Part shown: one piece after another, positions 29,934 through 38,073 of the stretch
How positions within the stretch are numbered: position 1 is the first letter of the stretch
How the letters are laid out: each line of letters starts with the position of its first letter
Assembly (NCBI GenBank): GCA_964570105.1
Contig: CAZMWM010000003.1
Span: 1 to 51,045 of the forward strand
DNA from: an uncultured Lachnospiraceae bacterium
GTDB taxonomy: Bacteria > Bacillota > Clostridia > Oscillospirales > CAG-272
Length of the DNA stretch: 51,045 bases
Direction: 5' to 3'
The notes under the pieces: generated by a model
Database searches by the model: none
Told to the model about the DNA's origin: nothing
The model's input: only the letters and a program-made list of their open reading frames with translations
Program-made: the position numbers and the translations under genes

Positions 29934-29962
29934 TTGACAAATCCTAGAAAACAATGTATAAT
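29934..29962 (+). promoter_or_regulatory. Consensus sigma-A promoter upstream of GT2 remnant
   Basis: TTGACA-N17-TATAAT. Confidence 0.8.
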
Positions 29963-30050
29963 AGTCATATCGTGTCAACTCGCTCGAGCGATCTATACCG
30001 CATAATGAGAATTACGCGGTCAACAAGGAAAACGAAAGGGTATACCCACA

Positions 30051-30394
30051 ATGAGCAAAGTAAGCGTGATCATCATAGCGTACAACGTCAAGCAATATAT
30101 TTCGGACGCCATAAACAGCGCCATTTCGCAAACTCTAAAGGATATTGAGATCATAGCGGTGGACGACCACAGCACGGACGGCACGTTTGAAGCGGCGACG
30201 GAATATACCTACGCATGACAACGTATGGCGGACAAGGCGAGTCGGTAGGCTATACCGAGCTGCGCAACGAGCGCGAAATGCTCAACAGAGAGATCGTAAA
30301 TATCCGGCGCTCCGAGACATATCGCGTCGGAAGGCTGGTAACCTTTATCCCACGAAAAATCAAGGCTCTTCTAAAAAAACTTCTGAGACGCTGA
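30051..30394 (+). pseudogene. Internally deleted family 2 glycosyltransferase
   Basis: 30051-30218 encodes MSKVSVIIIAYNVKQYISDAINSAISQTLKDIEIIAVDDHSTDGT (GT2 N-terminus); 30215-30394 in another frame encodes ...IRRSETYRVGRLVTFIPRKIK..., resembling GT C-terminal tails. Confidence 0.8.
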
Positions 30395-30397
30395 GAC

Positions 30398-31222
30398 TTA
30401 CGTGTCGCTACCCCGAGCTTTTTGGTGTGCTACCATATAGCTCGGGCTTTTTCCGAAATGACGCTTGAAAGCTCTCGAAAATGCAAAGACATCCGGATAT
30501 CCGACCGATGCCGCCGTCACAGTCACGCTATATCCGTGCTCACACAGTAACTCCTCCGCTCTGCGCATACGGTAATCGGTCAGATAGTTCTGAGGTGACA
30601 TTCCGGTGATCTGCTTGAAGGTCTCGGAAAAATAGCTTCTGTTCAAATGAAGTCTCTCCGCAAGCAAAGACACGGTAATTCCCGAGGAATACTCGGTCTC
30701 GATGGTGCTGATGGCTGATCTGACGTAATCCTCCTTCTGTTGCAGTTGTTTTTTCTTTCCGTCACCTTGAAGCAGTCCGCATATCTGCCATATGGCTCCG
30801 CAAAGATAGTATTCGTATCCGACGCACGATGTATCGGAGAGGTCAAATTCCTTTGTAAAGCAAGCGTTTTCAAATATATCCTTCAAAAACGGTACATTCA
30901 GCGTATCCGAACAGGCAAGCTTGTTCGGGAGCGGAATATCCGAAGTAAAGCCGAGCCATACATAAGACCATGGCTCGGTCTTATCTGCTTCATAATATGT
31001 TATCTCATACGGCTTTATTATGAACATATCACCCCCTCCAAGCTTGTAGCTTCCGCGCTGAGTGGTGAATGTCCCCTTCCCCGAAACAACATAATGCAAA
31101 AGCCAATGCGTTCTTGCAAACGGTCCGTAGCTATGTCCGGATCTGCACCGCTCATATCCGCACTGCACCGGATTTATCGGCTTTAACCGTTGATTTACCA
31201 CGTTTCTCGAAACAAGATCCAC
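30398..31222 (-). CDS. AraC-family transcriptional regulator
   Basis: Cupin sensor (GHSYGP, LHYVVSGKG, PWSYVWLGF) and double HTH (VGYPDVFAFSRAFK); divergent from melA. Confidence 0.92.
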   Translation of the reverse strand: MDLVSRNVVNQRLKPINPVQCGYERCRSGHSYGPFARTHWLLHYVVSGKGTFTTQRGSYKLGGGDMFIIKPYEITYYEADKTEPWSYVWLGFTSDIPLPNKLACSDTLNVPFLKDIFENACFTKEFDLSDTSCVGYEYYLCGAIWQICGLLQGDGKKKQLQQKEDYVRSAISTIETEYSSGITVSLLAERLHLNRSYFSETFKQITGMSPQNYLTDYRMRRAEELLCEHGYSVTVTAASVGYPDVFAFSRAFKRHFGKSPSYMVAHQKARGSDT

Positions 31223-31302
31223 GTTATTATCCTCCTCAACACGTCTTTCGCGCCTTGTAACTTTCGTAAGTATATACTATCACAAAAACCAACAGATTGC
31301 AA

Positions 31303-31331
31303 TTGAATATTGTAAACATTTCTGTTATACT
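31303..31331 (+). promoter_or_regulatory. melA promoter
   Basis: TTGAAT-N17-TATACT with TGn extension, back-to-back with a TTGCAA-N17-TAGTAT candidate for the AraC gene. Confidence 0.6.
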
Positions 31332-31385
31332 GTTGTCAGTGAGTGATGGAACGCATCCATCCAAAAACCGAAAGGAGCTTTTACA

Positions 31386-32711
31386 ATGATCAAGATCACC
31401 TTTATGGGCGCAGGAAGCACCGTGTTCGCCAAAAACGTACTCGGCGATGCTATGATGACTCCGGCGCTTTGCGAAGCCGAGATAGCGCTGTACGACATCG
31501 ACGGCGAGCGTCTCGAGGAATCCTATCTTATGATCACCCTGCTCAATAAAAACGTAAATGAGAGCAGAGCTAAGATCACCAAGTATCTCGGAGTAGAAAA
31601 CAGAAAGGACGCCTTGCGCGGCGCGACCTTCGTGGTTGACGCCATTCAGGTCGGCGGATACGAGCCTTCCACCGTCATCGACTTCGAAATACCCAAAAAA
31701 TACGGTCTGCGCCAGACCATTGCGGACACCCTCGGTATAGGCGGTATCTTCCGCGCGTTGCGTACCATCCCCGTGCTTGAGGACTTCGCAAGAGATATGG
31801 AAGAGGTATGCCCCGACGCACTCTTCCTTAATTACACCAATCCTATGGCAATGCTCTCCGGCTATATGCAGAGATACACCGGCGTAAAAACGGTCGGTCT
31901 TTGCCACAGCGTTCAGGTCTGCTCGAGAGGGCTACTCGGTGCCCTCGGAATAAGTTACAGCGAGCCTATCCGTGAAAGCATCGCAGGTATCAACCATATG
32001 GCTTGGTTGCTCGATATCAGAGATGCGGACGGAACAGACCTGTATCCCGAGATCAAAAAGCGCGCGATCGCGGAGCTTGAAAAAATGCCCAACTCCGAAT
32101 GCAAGGATCTTGTCAGATACGAATACATACGCCGCCTCGGATACTACTGCACCGAGTCCAGCGAGCACAATTCGGAATACAATAATCTGTTTATCAAGTC
32201 CAAATATCCCGAGCTGATAGATCGCTATAATATTCCGCTCGACGAATATCCGAGACGCTGCATAAATCAGATAAACAATTGGAAGAACGCCAAGCAGGAA
32301 TATCTCGACGGAAAGATCACGCACACGCGCTCCAGAGAGTACGCATCCAGGATAATGGAAGCGGTCATAACGGACGTTCCCTGCAAGATAGGTGGAAACG
32401 TGATCAATAACGGTCTCATAACCAACCTTCCGAGAGAAGCATGCGTCGAGGTGCCTTGCCTTGTCAACCGTCTCGGCATCCAGCCCACCGTCGTCGGTGC
32501 TCTTCCCGTACAGTGCGCCGCTATGAATATGACGAATATCAACGTTCAGCTCCTTACCATCGAAGCGGCGGTCACCAAGAAGAAGGACGTTATATATCAG
32601 GCGGCTATGTTGGATCCGCACACCTCCTCCGAGCTTTCGATAGACGACATCGTTAAGATGTGCGATGACCTCATCGAGGCTCACGGCGATTATCTCCCGA
32701 AATATAATTAA
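31386..32711 (+). CDS. melA: Alpha-galactosidase, glycoside hydrolase family 4
   Basis: KITFMGAGS, QTIADTLGIGG, LNYTNPM, GLCHSV, AGINHM, TESSEH. Confidence 0.9.
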   Translation: MIKITFMGAGSTVFAKNVLGDAMMTPALCEAEIALYDIDGERLEESYLMITLLNKNVNESRAKITKYLGVENRKDALRGATFVVDAIQVGGYEPSTVIDFEIPKKYGLRQTIADTLGIGGIFRALRTIPVLEDFARDMEEVCPDALFLNYTNPMAMLSGYMQRYTGVKTVGLCHSVQVCSRGLLGALGISYSEPIRESIAGINHMAWLLDIRDADGTDLYPEIKKRAIAELEKMPNSECKDLVRYEYIRRLGYYCTESSEHNSEYNNLFIKSKYPELIDRYNIPLDEYPRRCINQINNWKNAKQEYLDGKITHTRSREYASRIMEAVITDVPCKIGGNVINNGLITNLPREACVEVPCLVNRLGIQPTVVGALPVQCAAMNMTNINVQLLTIEAAVTKKKDVIYQAAMLDPHTSSELSIDDIVKMCDDLIEAHGDYLPKYN

Positions 32712-32732
32712 CGCATATATCACCAAGCATAT

Positions 32733-32764
32733 TAAAAAAGCCATCGAAATCGGTGGCTTTTTTA
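32733..32764. terminator. Bidirectional intrinsic terminator
   Basis: TAAAAAAGCCATCGA-AA-TCGGTGGCTTTTTTA between convergent genes. Confidence 0.88.
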
Positions 32765-32811
32765 ATATATAAAAGAGATATATCAGCGTTTCAGACATGA
32801 TGGATGCCGTG

Positions 32812-33480
32812 TCATTCCGTTTTCGATCTTTTTTCGGAGACAAAGCTAACAGTCGAAAAGTACAGCATCACAAGTGCGGATGACAGAAGTATTCCGGCTA
32901 TGATATCCGTAAACCAATGCACCCCGGAAAGCAATCTTCCGACCACCGTTACGGCGATAACGAGAGCCGACGCACACTGCAAGATGACGCACAATTTCTT
33001 TTTTTTCGCAAGCAACCGCCTTATCTCCGCTATTGCCGCAGACATTACGCAAACAACGAGCACAGTATGCGAGGAAGGATACGAGGCTTCCACGCTCGCA
33101 TCAAGAATTATCGGACGGTAATTTATTATAACGATCTCAAAAAACGCATAAAACGCGGCTATGATAACGTAAAACGCTCCCAACAGCAGTATCTGACAGT
33201 CTACTTTCATAAGGCTTTTTCTTTTTATTAACTGCAAAGTTCCCACCGCCGCGGTCGTCAAAGCGACAAGTATAGCCACAACTCCAAGCAGATCGGTCAT
33301 CTTATGCCACACGTGATTCACTCCAACACCGTCGAACACGAGCTTATTGAGCGTACTCAACCCGACTTCCGTGCCCTCGGGACCTATCGGTCGGACATCG
33401 ACGAATGAGACGATGGCGGTAAAAACCGCAAACAAAACAAATAACACGACCGTTATCAGATATCTGTTCCTTACTTTCAT
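32812..33480 (-). CDS. PAP2-family membrane phosphatase
   Basis: NYRP, SYPSSH, GRLLSGVHWFTD. Confidence 0.88.
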   Translation of the reverse strand: MKVRNRYLITVVLFVLFAVFTAIVSFVDVRPIGPEGTEVGLSTLNKLVFDGVGVNHVWHKMTDLLGVVAILVALTTAAVGTLQLIKRKSLMKVDCQILLLGAFYVIIAAFYAFFEIVIINYRPIILDASVEASYPSSHTVLVVCVMSAAIAEIRRLLAKKKKLCVILQCASALVIAVTVVGRLLSGVHWFTDIIAGILLSSALVMLYFSTVSFVSEKRSKTE

Positions 33481-33510
33481 ACTTCCACCCCTTAGAAATC
33501 GCTCACTCGT

Positions 33511-34413
33511 TCAAACAGACCTCTTGCGGAAAAAATGCGCCGATATAAGGACATACACCGCGATAAGGAGTGCCACCGTACCGATGAGTACGGCATACAT
33601 CGCAGGCGTGGTCACTTTGTTGTCGAAGAAATATATATCACAGTCCACCACTCCTCTTAAAACGGATACAACTTCCTCCGGAACGCCCTGCTCCTCAAGG
33701 GCACTCAAAGCTCCGCGCATCGAAGCATTTCTGATGAGAGACGTACCGTACGTTCCCGGCAAAAACGCGAGCACCTTCTGAAGCCCTTCCGAAAACTGCG
33801 ATATAGGCATATACGCTCCGCAGATAAAGCCGTATCCGGAGCTGACGATAGTTCCCACCGCCGATATCTGCCCCTGCGTGGAAAGAAAATGATTGATGAT
33901 AGAGGAAAGCGCCGTACCGAACATAGTAAGCAAAAGGACGTCCGCCAGTAGCATCATTACGTCACCAAACGTCATATACCAGCCTATCGACGCTATGTAA
34001 ACAAGGCACAGAGCAGTAGCCGCAACGCACACGATGACCGTCGTCAGAAAAGTGGCAACGTAATAGCTGACGGCAAGTATCGGCTCGGACACGGGGGAAA
34101 CGGTAAGATCCTTGCGTATTCCCGTAGCCTTATCCTGCACCATTATCATATTGGAGCAGAACGCCACTGTCACACAGCTGACTGCAAGTATAGAGCTTAT
34201 GAGCTGACCGCCGACCAAGCCGTTTATAAGCTTATCGGGCACGTTCAGCTCCTGCGGTATGCCCGAAACGAAGGAGTCTCGGTATATGTTTCCGAGAAAC
34301 GTAGCATACAGCACCAAAAGTATCAACGGAGTGATAAGAGACGTAAAAAACACGCCCTTATCCTTAAAGAAAAGCGTAACGTTTCTTCTTATCATAGCAA
34401 GCAACGTTTTCAT
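33511..34413 (-). CDS. ABC-2 type transporter permease
   Basis: About 6 TM, GFICGAYMP, follows ATPase; start at ATG 34413. Confidence 0.88.
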   Translation of the reverse strand: MKTLLAMIRRNVTLFFKDKGVFFTSLITPLILLVLYATFLGNIYRDSFVSGIPQELNVPDKLINGLVGGQLISSILAVSCVTVAFCSNMIMVQDKATGIRKDLTVSPVSEPILAVSYYVATFLTTVIVCVAATALCLVYIASIGWYMTFGDVMMLLADVLLLTMFGTALSSIINHFLSTQGQISAVGTIVSSGYGFICGAYMPISQFSEGLQKVLAFLPGTYGTSLIRNASMRGALSALEEQGVPEEVVSVLRGVVDCDIYFFDNKVTTPAMYAVLIGTVALLIAVYVLISAHFFRKRSV

Positions 34414-34478
34414 ATGAATATCACCCTCCCCCGATCTAACGGAGGCTCCCTTCTCTGCGATATCTGTGTATTTGACTG

Positions 34479-35384
34479 TCAATTCACCGAAAGCTTATTA
34501 CCCGTGACCGCAAGGAAAACATCATCCATATTACCCTTTATGACTTCCCAATCCTTAAACAGCTCCGAATGCTCAAGTATGAGCGATGTTGCAACGGCTG
34601 TATTCGGTACCGCCACCCTAAAGCCGTCCGGAATAGGCTCGTAAGGATATCCGAGCGTCCGCACGTCATCCTCCACCGCTCCGTAAAGCGTTACGAAGTC
34701 TCCGGAATACCTGTTCTTAAGCTCAAGAGGCGTTCCCTCGGCAACCACCCGTCCACTGCTCAGTATCACGACGTGCTCGGCATCCGTAGCTTCCTCCATA
34801 TAATGCGTGGTCAGGAACACCGTAAGCCGTTCTTCTTTTCTGAGACAGCTTATCACGCTCCAAAGCTTTTTTCTGGTCTGAGGATCAAGTCCGGTGGTCG
34901 GCTCGTCAAGAATCAGTATGTCAGGTCTGTGGACAAGCGCTCTCGCGATATCGATACGCCTTCTTTGACCTCCCGAGAGCTTTCCGAGAGTGCGACCGAG
35001 CAGGTCGGAAAAATCAAGCAGCTCGGCAAGCTCCTGTATACGTTCCGTAGCCGCCTTGCCCGTGATACCGTAAAGAGCGGCGCGGCTAACGAGATTTTCC
35101 TTTACGTTCAACGACTTATCGAGCACCGAATTTTGAAACACCACGCCCAATCTGCCGCGAAGGTCTGCCGAAGCGCGTTCCATCGTCTTGCCCATGACCT
35201 TGACCTCTCCGTCATCCTTTGCAAGCTGACCGCAGATGATATTTATAGTTGTTGATTTTCCGGCACCGTTGATACCGAGGAAAGCGAACAGCTCACCTTC
35301 CTTTACGTTGAAGCTGATATCATCTACCGCTTTAACGTCTCCGAAGCTCTTTTTAAGTCCGGATATCTCAATTACGTTCTGCAT
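34479..35384 (-). CDS. ABC transporter ATP-binding protein (drug-export type)
   Basis: GINGAGKST, LSGGQ, LDEPT, TTH; start ambiguous (35384, 35390 or 35423). Confidence 0.92.
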   Translation of the reverse strand: MQNVIEISGLKKSFGDVKAVDDISFNVKEGELFAFLGINGAGKSTTINIICGQLAKDDGEVKVMGKTMERASADLRGRLGVVFQNSVLDKSLNVKENLVSRAALYGITGKAATERIQELAELLDFSDLLGRTLGKLSGGQRRRIDIARALVHRPDILILDEPTTGLDPQTRKKLWSVISCLRKEERLTVFLTTHYMEEATDAEHVVILSSGRVVAEGTPLELKNRYSGDFVTLYGAVEDDVRTLGYPYEPIPDGFRVAVPNTAVATSLILEHSELFKDWEVIKGNMDDVFLAVTGNKLSVN

Positions 35385-35420
35385 AAGCATCCCCTTCCGT
35401 TTTAAATATCGCTCATTTAC

Positions 35421-35522
35421 CATTTTTATGACCGTGCCTTTCAAAATCACAGCAGTTTTGTGACGGTTTCGGCTTTGCTAAGGCACAAAACGCCTCTGAA
35501 AGATTTATCTTTCAGACTTAAA
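35421..35522 (-). repeat. Structured dispersed repeat, copy A
   Basis: Aligns to 36793-36922; GTTTTGTG/CACAAAAC stem and TCTGAAAGA/TCTTTCAGA hairpin. Confidence 0.8.
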
Positions 35523-36074
35523 TCTTAATATGAGACCTTGATAAATATCCGTCAGCGTATCGCTGACCGTGTCCATATCAAGCTCCAGATACGAGGTCGC
35601 CGTCATAGTAGCTATACCGTGAACATATATCCACATTTCAAGATGAAATCTGCGCGCCTGCTCAAGGCTCAGTCCGATGTTCTTTTGGATAAGCTCCGGC
35701 ATTTGATCGAAATATCCATCAGCATCGCCCGATGCGTCCTCTTTTCCGTTCCTGTCGCGCATAAACAGAAATTTGAACAACTGCTTTTCCTCGTGCGCAA
35801 AAACTATATACGCGATCCCGGCGGACTTGTAAGGCGGATATTGCCGAGATGCGATCACCCTCTGTATATATTCCCCGTACAGCTCATTCGCGTACGCGAG
35901 AAGTTCTTTTCTCACTTCATCCATAGAGCTGTAATTCGAAAACACGGGCTGTGTGGATGTACCGAGCCGAGCCGCTATATTTCTCGCATTCAACGCTCGC
36001 TCGCCGCTCCGACGCACCACATCCGCGGCGGCTGAAATTATCTCACGCTTGGTAACCTTGATCCTTGGCGGCAT
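35505..36074 (-). CDS. TetR/AcrR-family regulator
   Basis: N-terminal HTH (LNARNIAARLGTSTQPVFSNY), WIYVHGIA C-terminal motif. Confidence 0.9.
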   Translation of the reverse strand: MPPRIKVTKREIISAAADVVRRSGERALNARNIAARLGTSTQPVFSNYSSMDEVRKELLAYANELYGEYIQRVIASRQYPPYKSAGIAYIVFAHEEKQLFKFLFMRDRNGKEDASGDADGYFDQMPELIQKNIGLSLEQARRFHLEMWIYVHGIATMTATSYLELDMDTVSDTLTDIYQGLILRFKSER

Positions 36075-36091
36075 GACTGCTCCTCATAAAT

Positions 36092-36146
36092 ATAACTTGT
36101 GATATATAACGATTGATATTTTATCACAACGCCGTCCTTTTGTCAA
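36092..36146 (-). promoter_or_regulatory. TetR promoter with tandem candidate operators
   Basis: TTGACA-N17-TAAAAT (36146-36118); two adjacent 14-mers ATAAC-N4-GATAT (36092-36105, 36106-36119), near-palindromes over the start site. Confidence 0.65.
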
Positions 36147-36205
36147 TGTAATATGCGCACAGTTAACAAATTGTTTAAATATGGCGAATGAATCGATATA
36201 AAAAC

Positions 36206-36235
36206 AAAAAAGACTGATATCCGTAGATACCAGTC
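36206..36235 (-). terminator. Terminator after the tRNA pair
   Basis: GACTGGTATC/GATATCAGTC stem followed by T-run on the minus strand. Confidence 0.8.
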
Positions 36236-36241
36236 AAATCG

Positions 36242-36315
36242 TGGAGCGAGTGATGGGAATCGAACCCACGCGACCAGCTTGGAAGGCTGGGATTCTACCA
36301 TTGAACTACACTCGC
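36242..36315 (-). tRNA. tRNA-Gly (TCC)
   Basis: GCGAGTG acceptor stem, CCAGC-CTTCCAA-GCTGG anticodon arm, GGTTCGATTCC T-arm, encoded CCA. Confidence 0.97.
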
Positions 36316-36380
36316 ATATACTCAACGGCGGCGCAAGGACACGGACATAAGCTCCGATCCTTGCGCACCGTCTCGTGCTT

Positions 36381-36455
36381 TGGTGACCCGTAGGGGAATC
36401 GAACCCCTGTTTCCGCCGTGAGAGGGCGGCGTCTTAGCCTCTTGACCAACAGGCC
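36381..36455 (-). tRNA. tRNA-Glu (CTC)
   Basis: GGCCTGT acceptor stem, CCGCC-CTCTCAC-GGCGG anticodon arm, GGTTCGATTCC, encoded CCA. Confidence 0.96.
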
Positions 36456-36474
36456 TTACGTCAGCAACGCATAT

Positions 36475-36503
36475 ATTATATCATACTCCTGCAGAAAATG
36501 CAA
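36475..36503 (-). promoter_or_regulatory. Promoter of the tRNA-Glu/tRNA-Gly pair
   Basis: TTGCAT-N17-TATAAT with TGn extension, 19 nt upstream of tRNA-Glu. Confidence 0.75.
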
Positions 36504-36558
36504 TAGCTTTTACAAAAAAAGTTTATTAAATTTTCTTAACGCTTTATTTATCCGCAGA

Positions 36559-36795
36559 TCACCCGTTATCGCGCTTTTTGTTTATATCACAGTCTGAGCA
36601 GTCGATCACGATCTTTTTACAGCTATTGCAATAAAATGCCCTGACAGCAGAGCCTTTCCAAACGCTGTGCGCAGAAAGGAGCACATCTCCTTGCATTCTC
36701 GTCACAAAGATCCGTCTCGATCTCTGCCAACGAAGCTCTTGAGGTGACTGTATCACGCCTTCTTCAAGCTCGGCTTTGCAATACGGACAAAGCAT
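36559..36795 (-). CDS. Small Cys-containing protein (PF20097/DUF6487-like)
   Basis: MLCPYCKAELEEGVI...AFYCNSCKKIVID, two CxxC at the ends. Confidence 0.7.
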   Translation of the reverse strand: MLCPYCKAELEEGVIQSPQELRWQRSRRIFVTRMQGDVLLSAHSVWKGSAVRAFYCNSCKKIVIDCSDCDINKKRDNG

Positions 36796-36922
36796 AATTA
36801 TGACCATGCCTTTCTAAAATATCACGGTAGTTTTGTGGTGGTTTCGGCTTTGCCGAAATAGCGATCGTTCAGATCGCCAAGGCACAAAACGCACCTGAAA
36901 TATCTATTCTTTCAGGCTTGAA
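36793..36922 (-). repeat. Structured dispersed repeat, copy B (longer form)
   Basis: Aligns to 35421-35522 with an extra 24 nt; stems GTTTTGTG/CACAAAAC, TTTCGGC/GCCGAAA, GCGATC/GATCGC. Confidence 0.8.
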
Positions 36923-36993
36923 AGATCCGTCTTTCAAGCTTTCCTCCTGTGTTTTCGCATCTCTCGCCCATCCGAAAGCGGTAGGAACGCTCC

Positions 36994-37024
36994 CGGCTAT
37001 CCGCGATGCTCACGCGGATAGCCG
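36994..37024 (-). terminator. Stem-loop downstream of the sugar isomerase
   Basis: 12-bp perfect inverted repeat CGGCTATCCGCG/CGCGGATAGCCG; no U-tract. Confidence 0.55.
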
Positions 37025-37071
37025 TAACGTCCGTTTTATTGATCTTGCCCCGTTCCGTAAGCTACGGATAC

Positions 37072-38040
37072 TCAAGCCCAGCTCATAGTGGTAGGCTTAG
37101 GCTCCCTGATGATACACTCCTTAAGGAATGCCACCGCCTTTTCAAGTCCTTCGTCCTTGGTCATAAGGCTGTCCTCGTGCTCGATGCTGAGCACCTTATC
37201 GTATCCGACGAGACGGAGATTTGATATCATATCTCTCCAATACTGCATATCGTGACCGTATCCGATGGCACGGAACACCCAACTGCGATGTATCTCGTCC
37301 CCGTAATGCTTGGTATCAAGAACTCCGAACTTCGCGGTGTTGATATCATCCACCTTGGTATCCTTTGCGTGGAAGTGATATATCGCCCCTTCGAGCGCAC
37401 GGATAGCCGCCGCGGGATCTATACCCTGCCATACGAGGTGCGAAGGATCGAAGTTTGCTCCTATCGTATCTCCGACAGCGGCACGGAGCTTAAGCAACGT
37501 CTCGGGATTATACACACAGAAGCCGGGGTGCATCTCCAGCGCTATCTTCGTAACACCGTGAGCGTTCGCGAAGGCGACCGCCTCCTTCCAATAAGGTATG
37601 AGCACCTCGTTCCACTGATAATCGAGTATCGAAAGAAAATCGTCCGGCCACGGGCAGGTCACCCAATTCGGATACTTAGCTCCGGGATGGTCACCGGGGC
37701 ATCCGGAAAAGGTTATGACGGTATCAAGCCCGAGCTTTTCCGCCAAAAGCACCGCCTCACGGAAATCGGTATCAAAGCCCTTGGCTATCTCGGCGTTCGG
37801 ATGCACGGGATTTCCGTGCGCGGCAAGCGCCGCGATCTCGATGCCGTATTTATCTACCGTAGCTTTAAATTCATCGAATTTTTTCGCATCGTTGAGAAGC
37901 ACATGCGGATCGCAATGCGCCTTTCCCGGATATCCTCCGGCACCGATCTCGACAGCCTCAACTCCGAGCGAGGAAAGGCGCGCCAAGGTCTCGTCCAGCG
38001 TTTTTTCGCCGTAAAGATTTGCAAGAACACACAACTTCAT
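37072..38040 (-). CDS. Sugar phosphate isomerase/epimerase (xylose-isomerase-like TIM barrel)
   Basis: HGNPVHP, LEMHPG, NFDPSH, HFHAKD, SIEHED metal-binding motifs. Confidence 0.9.
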   Translation of the reverse strand: MKLCVLANLYGEKTLDETLARLSSLGVEAVEIGAGGYPGKAHCDPHVLLNDAKKFDEFKATVDKYGIEIAALAAHGNPVHPNAEIAKGFDTDFREAVLLAEKLGLDTVITFSGCPGDHPGAKYPNWVTCPWPDDFLSILDYQWNEVLIPYWKEAVAFANAHGVTKIALEMHPGFCVYNPETLLKLRAAVGDTIGANFDPSHLVWQGIDPAAAIRALEGAIYHFHAKDTKVDDINTAKFGVLDTKHYGDEIHRSWVFRAIGYGHDMQYWRDMISNLRLVGYDKVLSIEHEDSLMTKDEGLEKAVAFLKECIIREPKPTTMSWA

Positions 38041-38073
38041 ATCAAAGTTCCTCCTGTATGATCATTTTTAAGT

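Noticed and set aside
29954-30468. ORF-track calls 29954-30148 and 30187-30468
   Set aside because: Wrong frames; the GT2 fragments at 30051-30218 and 30215-30394 explain the region
31236-32843. Minus-strand 223-aa and 303-aa ORFs
   Set aside because: Antisense shadows of melA
32765-36241. tRNA-anchored integrative island (TetR-ABC-PAP2)
   Set aside because: No integrase and no duplicated tRNA 3' end seen
36143-36325. 60-aa ORF
   Set aside because: Reads through tRNA-Gly and its terminator
35421-36922. c-di-GMP-I riboswitch or CRISPR reading of the repeat pair
   Set aside because: Only superficial GGCAAA/CAAAAC words; two copies 1.4 kb apart with genes between are not an array
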